DNA from: Glaucostegus cemiculus
Lineage: Eukaryota
NCBI GenBank assembly: GCA_976551045.1
Contig: CDPCPM010000171.1
Coordinates: 2,914,001-2,978,000 of the forward strand
Length of the DNA stretch: 64,000 nt
Reading direction: 5' to 3'
Below, piece by piece: positions 13,501-25,500 of the stretch; within the stretch, counting starts at the first letter, position 1; every line of letters begins with the position of its first letter. Both the position numbers and the translations under genes were made by a program. The notes under the pieces are model-generated. The model was not told where the DNA came from. It made no database searches and was given only the letters and a program-made list of their open reading frames with translations.

Positions 13501-16500
13501 GTTTGTTTATTGCAGTCTTTGCTACAACTTTCTTCCTGGACTGAAACATCTTCCATGCATAATCTGTCAGCTGCTGTTGCTCCTCGCATTTAGCATTGAG
13601 ATCACCAATCTGTTTCTCGAATAACGCAAGCTCTTCCTTATAAGTAACCTGCACCTTAGCCAGAAGGTCTGTGCCAGACAAGCAAACATGAGTCAATGGC
13701 ATCCATCCCAGCTTGTCTTTCTCCCCTCCTTTCCTGAGAGTGTAAAAATTAATGAAGGACACTGGACACTAATACATGTTCATTCTATATTCTAGTTTTT
13801 TTCTCTCTGTGTCTTCCACCATCTCTCATTCACTTGCCACTGTCTCCCAACTCCACACCTGCTCCCCTTCCCTACCTGGTGTAAGCTGCCTGCCATCTTA
13901 CACCCTTCATCAGTCCACCAATCACCTCGGACTCCTTCCTCACCACTCCTCCTCTTTATACTGGCCATCTTGCCTCCTCATTCTCGGTCCTGATGCAGGG
14001 TTTCGACCCAAAACATCAATAATTCCTTTCCTCCCACAGATGCTGCTCGACCTGCTGAGTCCCCCCAGCACATTGTTTGTTGATGAGGAGTTTGAATGAA
14101 TGCTCCCAACAACACTGAAGAAGCTTGACCACTTCCGAGGCTTAGCAGTCCACTTGACTGGTTCTACATCCACTATCCTAAATATTCACGGCCTCATTCC
14201 CTGGAGTTAACAGGATAATGTTTGCCTGTCAGTTAATCCTCTTCTGGTCCTAATTTTTGCCTTACCCATGAACTTCAGATATCGTTGATCATAATCAGCT
14301 TGGGGTTTCTTTATCTCAATCTTTGATTCCTCTGCTTTCTTCTTATAGTAATCAGCTAGCTTGTTCTGTATTTGTTGATTGTGGTTCTTCAACTTCTCCT
14401 GTTCTGCAATCAAGTCCTGAATAACAGTGGAAGAAAAGGACTTCATTCTCCTGTGTGTTTTACAATTGTGAATCTGCTTCCAAATAAATTAGTAAATCTG
14501 AATGCACTTTATTAGGGATTTGCACTGTGTATAGTTTAAACTATGTAAGAGTTGAAACAGAGTGGATCTTGGACAGTTCTACTTTGCTCTCCCAGTGACC
14601 CCTGGAAAGAGCTGCTGGATGGTAGGGTAGAAAAGGGGAGGCCTTGATTGAGCCAAAGATCACATCACATAAAAGTTAAGTGCCATTAAAAACTACTATT
14701 TAAAGCCTCACCATGTTCACCTTAGACAGAGAAGGTGAAGAGCAAACTTAAGTGTTTAAAATCATGAAGGGTTCAGACAGAATAAATAATGGGAAATTGG
14801 TTCCAGTAGAAGCTAAATTGCTTTCTCCTTGGGACCTGGGGAAAGAACAGGAAATTGGACTAACTAGATTTTCCTTCAAATTCACAGGCACCAATACTAT
14901 AGAATCATTCTGCACTGTATGATTCTATGATATGAAAGATGCATCTGTATGTCTACCTGGAATATATGCTCAATATTATTCCAACTCTAATGAGGGGTCA
15001 TTGACTTGAAATGTTAATTCTGTTTCTCTTTCCACTAAACCCCCCAGACCTGCTGAGTAGCTCCAGCATTTTCTCCTTTATCTCTGGGTGAGATTAGAGA
15101 TGTGGAAGCAATCTTGCAGAGGATGAGATCCAACAGATGCAGTGAGATGAGGATCCAATTACCCAAAAGGAATATATGACAAAAGAAGAGGAAAGTAAAG
15201 TAAAGAATGTAAAAAAAACAAATAACTCAGTGGAGATAAGGAGGCAACATAAAGATGAGAAAGGAAGTCAAATAAGAGATTTACTTTATATTTCAACTGC
15301 AGTTCCTTACGGTAACCCCTTTTCTGTTTATCTTGCTCATCTTCTTCATTTTGGTCATCTATCACTTCTGTCACAGGTGTCACTAATAAAATACAAAAAC
15401 CATTCTTTAAAGTGAGTTCTTGGCTGTTACAAACATTTCATTGTTACAATTCTGAATTATGATGTACCGTCCTTACAACGGCAAGTGTTCCAATTATAAA
15501 ATTACTTTGTTCCAGCCCTTCTAAATGCACCACCAGTGGGCATGGAGATCCAAGCTCCGATGCTGGCAAAGCTGAATGCACTTCTGGCTGCAGTGGATTG
15601 CCTGTCTACAATGAACTGGCCTGGATAATATGTATGACTGTACAGCAGTAAATTATATAGGAAGAACCTCAAGCAAGTTTCCTTGTGTGTCTCTCCTTGT
15701 ACAAATTTCTAAAGTTTGTTGCACCCAGGAGATATGGTACACCAGGCACAGGCCAGCAAAATGTACCCCATGGCAAACTGCTGAAACTCCTACAATTATT
15801 TGACTGGATTGACTATGAGCAAAGTAAGGAGGCAAGAATTACTTTGTTAGTCTCTGTATATGTGGTGCTCAGTGAATATAAAACCAATGAGGTATAGGAA
15901 CTACTTCACTGAAATGTGAAATTTAATGTACTTGTGACTAATAAAGAAATCTTATCTAAACTCAGTGATGGAAATGCATCACTTGGCATACTGTATATGA
16001 GAAATCACTGGTTTGTCAAATGTCCTACTGCTAATTACAATTAATAATTGACTGCAGCAAGTCACTCATTAGAACCATTCTATTGAACTAATCTTAATTA
16101 GACTGCAAAATGGCAAATGTTACTCCTTTACTCAAAAAGAGAAGGAAACAGAAAGCAGGAAACTACAGGCCAGCAAGTTTAACATCTGGCACAGGGGAAT
16201 GTTAGAGACTATTGTTAAAGATGGTAAAGCAGAAAATATTCAAACAAAATCAACATAGTTTTGTGAAAGGGAGATTAATTTATTGGAGTTCTTTAAAGAA
16301 GTCACATGCAGTGTGGATATAGAACTGGATTTCCAGAAGGCATTTGATACATTCTGCATTTGAAGTTCCTGAGGAAAATAAAATAACATATTGGCAAGGA
16401 TAGATTAGCTGGCTAAAAGAAACAGAGAATAAGCATAAATGTGTCTTTCCCGGTTGGCAAAGATAGAATGAGCAGTATACCACAAGGATTGGTACTGGAG

Positions 16501-19500
16501 TCTCAACTTATTACAATTAATATGAATGCCTTGGATGAAGGCACTGAAGGTACAGCTGCTAAACTTGCTGATGCCACAAAGACAGGCAGCAAAGTAAGCT
16601 GTGTAGAGGACATAAGGTTGCTAAATGAGAATATAGACAGATTAAGGGAATGGATAAGGATCTGGCAAATGGAGTAAAATGTTGGAAAATGTGAAATTGT
16701 CATTTTTGGCAAGAAGATAAAGATGGTCTATTGTGTGAATAGTCTGAGACTGCAGTGCTCTGAGACACAAAGAGATCCTACTGCACGATTCACAAAAGGC
16801 TAATGTGTAGGTCCAGCATGTAATTAGGAACAAAATCTTAATGGCTATTGCTAGAGGAATTGAACACAAAAGTGGGAGGTTATTCTTCTATTCTGTACGC
16901 CATTGGTGAGACCACCCATACAGAACTATGCAGTTTACTAATTGCTTTATTTAAGGAAGGATGTAAATGCATTGGAAGCAAGTCTCAGAAGGTATACTGG
17001 AATAGGCAGGCTGTCTCATAAAGAAAAGGCTTGTACCTTCTGGAGTTTAGAAGAGTGAGAGGTGGCATGATTGAAACTCGTTAATTCCTGAAGTGTCTTG
17101 ACAGGGTTGATGTGGGGAAGATAAATCCTCTTGTGGGAGAATTTAGAACTTGGGATCACTGTTTAAAAATGAGGAACTGCTGATTTAAGATAGAAATGAA
17201 GCAAATTTTTTTCTGTCACTGGGTCATAAGTTATTGGAACTTCCTCAAAAGTGAAATTAGAATCCTTGCCAAATTTAACTGGCAAAACAATGGTAGATGG
17301 AATATATCCTAATAAATGCCGAGTGATACACTTTGGAAGGACAAATTACAGTAGGATATATACAGTGAATGGTAGGACTCAAAAGAATATTAAGAAACAG
17401 GGGGACACCAGTGTATAAGTCCAAGGATCCCTGAAGATGGCAGCATAAGTAGATAAGGTGATAAAGAAGGCATATGGCATACTTGTCTTCATTAGTGAGG
17501 GCACAGAATACAAGAGCTGGGAGACACGACTTTATAAAACATTGGTTAGGTTACAACTGGAATACTTTGTATAGTTGGTTGCCACACTATAGGAAGGACA
17601 TTATTGCATTGGAGAGGATGCAGAGGAGATTGCCAGGATGTTGCCTGGGATGGAACATGTGAGAAATGAGAGACTGGATAGGCAGTGTTTCTTTTTCTTG
17701 GAGCGGAGGAGGCTGAGATGGTGGGGGGGGGGGGTCTTGACAGAGGTATACAAAATTATGAGGGACATACAGTAGATAGGGTAGACAGATAGCAAGGGTA
17801 TTTAAAAGTGGACAATGTGTTTAGGTAAGGTGAAGAAGTTTAGAGGGGAAGAACCTTTCAACCTGAGAAATTGGAATCTGGAATGTACTCCCTGAGAAGG
17901 TGCAACAAAATTATTTTAAAATTCATTCTTTGTTCTTTTCTGATTCAGCAACAAGAGGCATTCACAAACAAAGGAGGGACTATACACATGTTAAAGGTTA
18001 CAGAAAAAATTACTTTATTGCAGTTATATTAAGAATAACAAACAGGAAGAAAGAAAGATACTTAATAAAATAGAGAAAGAAACAAACTGATACTCACTAG
18101 TGAACCAATCTACACAATGCCAGAGGGAACCCCAGGTGTCCAACAGCCTTTCAGCCAACCTTCTCTCTGTTTCTTAGTGCTGGTCGCAACCCTGCCTAAG
18201 TGAAGATTCCAACTTGCACAAGGAAGTTGCCTCTTTTTATACCTTTCAAAACCTAGAATAGTTCCTACACCAGTACTTTACAGTTTTGGTACCAATCTAT
18301 CTCTTGATGGCCCTTGGCCTGGGCACATATCTCAGAGGCAGAGAGAGCATGATATATCTCAAAGATGGAGATGGCAGAAGACATGTTCGCCATCATTACC
18401 TATTCAGTACTCCTGTAGGTGTTAAAATCGTTCCCCACATTCCAGGCTGACGCCATTTTGTCTTACAACCACCATTTTAGAGTTACACACTTTTGCACAT
18501 ACCAAGGGGGAATCAAATATGACTTCTGCTCAACTTAACTCTCTCCTTGAAGAGCGTGGTGAATGCAGGTACTCTCACAATAGTTAAGACGTATCTAGAC
18601 AAACAATTGAATTGCCAAGGAATAGAAGGCTACGGACCAAGTGCTGGTAAATAGAACTGGTATAGATAGGTACTTGGCAGGCATGGTCATGGTGGGCTAA
18701 AGAGCTTGTTTCTATGCAGTATGACTTTATAATTAAATAAATTCTGGATAACCAAGGGGGTGAACAGTTACCAGAGGTGGGCACGAATGTGAAGGGGAGG
18801 TTACAATTAAACCTGCCATTCTCCTTAATGAATGGTACAGCAAGCTCAAGGGGCCAAGCAACCTACTCTTACTTCTAAACTGTATTTTATACATTTTTCA
18901 TGGCTTCACTAATAATTCTATCATAATTCCAAAACTGTATTTGATGTTCTAATTCTGGCATTACTTCCTTTTGTATCCCATAGTACAAATCAAAGCTTAG
19001 AAGCTCATTTGCCCTACAGCTTTTTCCACCTTGATCAATTGGAAGCATGGAATTAATCAGGTTCTGCAAAGGCTGTAGACATTGCTGTAACATAATTGCC
19101 ATAGAGAGGAGCACATAACCAGGATAACAGAACTGCAACTAGTCCTTGATTGTAACTAAATTTCAGAAGTTAAATGTAATGGACACCCACTGCCATATGA
19201 CACAATGTGCCCAAGCAACCAAGGAGAAATTTATGTTCTTTAACATCTTCAACTATTACCAATAGTATTTTGAATGTACAAGCTGCTAATGTGCATTCCA
19301 TATCACTGTTTAGCTGAAATACACTGTTAATTATTTACTACGAGCAACATACTTCTTCAAGTTTTGTTTAGATCAGGGATTTCAATGAGCCACTACCTTC
19401 TTCCTTCCAAGTTCCACTCATCTGAGATAATATGCTTTTTATTGGAAGCTATACCCTTTCTTTTCAACCTAGCACCATCCAATGGAAGTGGTTCTGTTTT

Positions 19501-22500
19501 CCTTGATAACCTCATAATCCATCCTAATCAGTTGTTGTAACATTCCAAATGCATAATTCACTCTGTGCCATCCACATGAAGGCTGATAATACCTGCTCTC
19601 TCTGGTGTCACAGTTTCAATGGTTGGTGAACCATTTGTAAATGTCCCCTCTTCAGGAGTACTCTCAGGAGATAAAACTTCACCAATTATAGGCAGGGATT
19701 CTTCCCTTTCTCCTTCTGTAAAGCTCTCAGTACTGGGTAAAGCAGATGTGGTCTGTCTCTCCGTTTCACTTGTTTCTTCACTCTGATTAGTTATGGATAA
19801 AAGTCACTTATATTAATCTGTGTAAATAAAACTGGTGAATCACTGAAGCAGTAGAATGACCGAAAACATTAATATGTAGGATGTGGGTTGGTGTGTAATC
19901 TTCCTCAATCCAATATATTTGCCATTGTCCAGCTACATTACATCCTACCTAGATGTTGATGCATCTTTTATTACTTCATACTAAAATCACTCACAATAAA
20001 TATCTTGTGACTATTATCATTGTAAACCAGACATCTTATTGAGCAAAGCTAATAAAAGAAATAATGCAGGTTTTATAACAGATTACAGTTTTATAATACA
20101 GTAAATAAAATTAAATAAAAGATTTCACAATGTCAGAAAAAATAGAAAACTACATCTGTTATATTTATCCAATTATGTTTGTTCAGAGAGTCATTGTATC
20201 AGTCAAGTGATGACCTGACTTCAACTCATTATCTTGATTACATTTTCACCTCTGTCACAGTGTATGTAGTAATGGGGAATAAACTTTTCAATAATTAAAA
20301 TATAGATCAGATTTAAAAAGAGAATATGTCAGTGCTAATCCACAAGAGCATGGTTGGGATTGTTCAGCTGATTTACATGTGTGTAGCTCACACCGATCTA
20401 TAAGGCAGTGCTGGAAACCATTTCCTTTGATTCTGAGCCAAATGAAGAGATATTGTGACTAAATACATGCTTGAGGCAGCAGCTTGAAGCATGCGAGTGT
20501 CATCTATAAATCGAGGTTTGAAGTAAGGATGGTATTGCTTCTTAAATGGACGCATAGGTCACACAGTTCTCTGCTCATCCTGTAAGTCAACCCCACTTCA
20601 GCAAGAAGTTTGTTGGAGGAGAGGCACAGTTTTGCAACGAGGAAGACTGAGAAGTGAGTTGATGCTGCCTTTCTTGACCACAGTTTGCACTGGGATTGGG
20701 TCTGTGGCAGACCTGTTGTTAGGATTACACCTGCATATCATCGTGTGGCAGACATAGAAAGTTAAAGAAATCCTAAGGACAGCCAAGTTTGTAAAGGTTC
20801 CCCCATAATCCCTCTCAGTCACTCTGGAAGCCTGCTGGAAGTTCATGTACACCAGATTGATTATGTTACCCTCTCCAATTCTTTCTGTTTCTCATCAAAA
20901 ATTTCTATCAAATTGATTAAACATGATTTTCCCTTAACAAATCCATGCTGGCTTGCCTTAGTTGATACATTTTCTTCCAGATTATTATTAATCCTTTTGT
21001 GTTTCCCAAAGCTCTCACACCACAGATGTTAAATGGACTGGCCTCTAGTTGCCAGACTTAGGTATTCTTACTCCATTTTTTTCTGAACAGTTCTCTAACA
21101 CCACTACTTGTCCAAAGAGCATTAAAAGATTATGTTCATTGCCCACATGATTTCCTCCCATTCTTCACTCTAAATCCTAGGATGCACCACATCCAGTCCT
21201 GCTGACTTCCTTACTTTAAATTCAGCCAACTTTTCCAATGCCTCTTTGCTATGCTATCAATTTTTAACATATCCAGTGTCTTAAACATCTACTCCTTCAC
21301 AGTTCCTTTTGAAGCACCCTCTTCCCTGGTGAAGGTAGTACTCATTCAGCTCCTTAATAGTGACCTCAGCCTCATCTGCGTTCCCATTTTTGCTCTTTAA
21401 TGGGTCCTACTCCTTTTTATATTACCCTTTGACTACCTGTATGCCTACTTGACTACCTGGATTCCCATTTATATTGGCAGCTAATCTTATCTCACATACA
21501 CACACTTTGCCTCTCTTAATGTGCATTTCCCCTCTGATTGTCTGCTTTTCAACCTGGTGTTTGCTGGTATTTTTAACTTGACCCTTGTTATATGCATTGC
21601 TATCACCAGCGCATCATATTTCCATACAGCTTTCTGTGCTTGTAGTTCACCAGCCTTATTTACCACAATTTTTTTTATACACCGAGTATTCTGTGAAACA
21701 GGAGTGGGTACTCACAGAAACCTTTGTGATAATCACTTGCAGGGTATCTTTTATCTCTTGTTCTATTAAATTAAAAGACAAGCGGTTAATATTATGACTT
21801 TGAGAAAAATAAAATAGTCCAAATGCACAAACAGTGGAAAGTTAATAAATTCCAAGCTATCTTCTTAGTTCCTCATCCCTATACATTCTTCTCTTTTGTT
21901 CAAGTTAACTAATTCACAATCAAGACTCACCCTACTATTCTCTCCATCTCAGTTTTACTCAACTTACTTACTTCACCTTTCCTTCATCCACCAATTTACA
22001 GGCTTAAAACCATCCGCATTGAATCTTAATCGTTCCTTCTTGTTTTGTCTTTTACTCACTTTTAAGTTTAGTTTGCATTGTACTTCTGAGACTTTATATC
22101 ACTTGTCAGCTTAAGGCAGTTAACTAATATTAAAATTAACAGGAATTCCTTCCACAGTAAGTGGTATGGTGTATAATTCTTAAATATTTTAAAACTTTTC
22201 CTCCCCTGTTTTTCTGTTTCCTCCAAGGTAGCCAATTCATTCCAGTTCTGGGATAATTCCTTCATATTTATTTGTTGTAGTTCTGGATTGAGTCTGTTTT
22301 TGAGAAGAACAACAATTGTATTCAATGGAAACAATAAATTCAGTCACTCCATTCTTTTTTTTCCCAAACACAAATACCATGCTGGTACTTGCTTGATAGA
22401 AGAGACAGAGATCAAAATCTCCCCAACAGGAGGTAACACACTCAGCCATGTGGATTACTGCACCACCTAGGGGTAACCAGCTTTCTGATTGCTCTTTCAT

Positions 22501-25500
22501 TTATACTCACAAAGACAAACGTACCTACAAAGCTACTCAATTCACTTTCTTTGTCTAGCAGTGATATTTCATCACTTTTAGATTCTGAAATTTCTTGGGA
22601 AGTTTCTTCACTGCCAGACAGTAGATTTACTTCCTTCACCTCATCGTCTCTAACTATTTTGACTATATCCACTTGTTTTCCCTCCTCTTGTAGGATCTCT
22701 GAACCTAGAAAGAGAAACAAAACCATTACATTCTTTCCAGCAGAATCAAAGAACACTTGGACTGAATATATAATTACCAGCTTGAAAATAAAGTATATGC
22801 CAAGAATTGCTCCATGACTATCGTTGGTCCCTCTCCTGACCTATGCAAAATCAGACAGGATAATTAAGGGGGAGTAATTCCCTTAATTTCCCTCCATTCC
22901 CTGTAAACATCTCTTTCATCTCAGATGTGATAATCAGTAAGTAATGTGACATTAGGGCAGCACAGTGACACAGCTAGTAGAGCTCCAGCTTCACAACTCC
23001 AGCAACCAGAGTTCAATCCTGACCTCTGATGCTGTGGGTGTGGAGCTTGCACGTTCTCGCTGTGGCTGCATGGATTGCTCCAGGTCCTCCTGTTACCTTC
23101 CACATCTCAAAGAAGTGTAAATTGGTAGGTTAATTGGCAGGAGCATGTAGATGAGTGTAAATTGCGCTGAGTATGTAGGTGTGTGGTATAATCTGGGGCA
23201 AATTGATGGTAATTGATTGATGTAGGATTAGTTTAAGTGAGTGCTGGATGGTTGGCAAGGACTTTGTGTGCTGTGGAGTCCAATTCTGTGTGGTATGGTT
23301 CTATGATCATGAAAACTAAGGATCCCAGCAAGTCTGTAAAATAGGCAATAGGTATACATGACCAGTAACTTTTCTCCTGCGTCAAGTGGCCAACCATGTG
23401 AGCAGTAGTATTTCTACCTCTCTCTGAGAGAGGTACGTTGTCTATTGCATACATTCAGCTAAATGCATTTTTCTTTTCACCTTCCTGCCCTTCTTTCTGT
23501 CCAAGAGGGCCAGCAGCAGATGCCGGGATTTTCAATGTCTGTGGACCTCCTGCATCCTCAATTTCCTCTTCATTTTCTTCAATAAGTTGGTCTAAGGTGA
23601 GAAACAAATAAAGCAATTTTTCACAGTGAGCTTTTAAAGCAAACACTTTAGCCTGGCATTAGCCAGGATAAGCTTTTTCAAATTAAGATGCAATCAATAT
23701 GTATTACATTAATAATTGCATAGTAGATAAAAAGATTGTGATTTTACAAAGCACTTTCACACCTCATCCCTTCCCCAGCATCATCACTGTCAATGGTGTA
23801 ATCACTGTTGCAATGAATGATGTGCAACAACAAACTCCATGTCATGCTGGACAAAGCAGCCCATGTTATTAACACCCTATCAACCACACTAACCATTCAC
23901 CTGCTGTGCCTTTGACGAACTACGGTGCAAAGTCCATAAAATGCACTGCACTTAATCACCCAGACTACTCTGCGCACCATCTTCACAGCCCAAGATTCCC
24001 CTCCAAGTCATACACTATCCTCATTTGAAAATTTATCACCATTCCTGTACTGTCACTTGGTTTAAGTCCCGGAACTTCCCACTTGACAGTACAATGGGAG
24101 TACCTTCATCACAAGGACTGCAGCAGTTCAAGAAAGTAGCTCATCTTTTCAAGGGCAATTAGGGATGTAGAATAAATGTTGATCTTGTCATGATGCCCAT
24201 ATATGATTAATAAAACAAACATAATATTGAGGACTATGTACAACCCTATAGTTTTATATGGACTTCCACATTAATTGGATAAAGATCATTCCTTCCTGGA
24301 TACACAAGAGACTGCAGGTGTTGGAATCTGGAGCAAAAGGCAAACTGCTGGAGGAACTCAGCAGGTTGTGGCATCTGTGAGGGGAAAGGGATTGTTAACG
24401 TTCACCCACTGGATCCCCTTCCCCATCTGGTTCCATCTGCCCTTCATCACCATTATCACCTTCCTTCTTTATCAGATTCCAGCACTTGTAGCCTTTGTGT
24501 CTGTGCTTATCACCCTTCAGCCTGTGTCCACCTTCACTCCCCCCCATCCCCACCTGGTTCCTTTAGCCCATTATTTTTCACCCCTCCTCAGTCCACCTAC
24601 TGGCCCCTGTCTCACCCCTCCCCCTCTCCTCTTTATACCAGCTATCTCCCCTCTCAGTCCTGATGCAGGGTCACAGCCTAAAACATCAACAACTTCTCTC
24701 ACCCCACAGCTGCTACTCGACCCACTAAATTCCTCCAAAAGTTTTTTTCTATATCTTCCTTGGTAATGAGATTAGGAGAAGGCCCAAACATTGCTTCATA
24801 GCCCATGACAGCTGAGGGGACAGGGGAAGACTTATTACACACTTTAGTATGTAATCTAGGTTAACCTAATGCAGCAGATGGAGAGTGCTACATTGCTGGA
24901 GATACCAATAAACTGAGATCCTGTGTTTATTGATCCAACAGCACTGTTTGCAGAGCAGAAATTCTCAGTGACCTGGATAGCATTCTCTTAACAATCACCA
25001 CTTAAAGTTGATTATTAATCATTCATTTTCCATTTGCTGCAGGTTATACATAAACTGGTAAATGGATTTGACTACATCCAGCAGGAATTGCACTTCAGAC
25101 AATAATTTATTGGTTAAGTACTATAGGACATTGTGAGTTCTAATTTTCCTAAGAGCTGCCTATTTAGTGGTTGGGTTGGTTTCCCTTTGGAAATGGCAAT
25201 TTTATTTGTAGGTGGACAGATTCTAACAAATGCCTGGGGTAAATAGAAGTTTGCCTTATTTGCTGAGGATTTTCTAGATCCACATAGAGCATGTACTTTA
25301 CTTGCTCTGTTTCACAAATATCAGACATGATTAAATGGTTCATTCATGGCGCACAAAGCCAAGATAGTTCAAGTCTTTATCTTCTCGATTCCAAGCATAA
25401 AGTAGCGTCATTGTCTATCTTCCACTCTTTCTATTTTCACAAATGCTTTTGGACAATGAGTTCACAAAGCTGAAAATTTAAACTAGCTCAACAACAATTA

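Noticed and set aside
25290-25470. Possible additional CCDC96-like exon
   Set aside because: The candidate acceptors I tested give stops, and the model closes without it.
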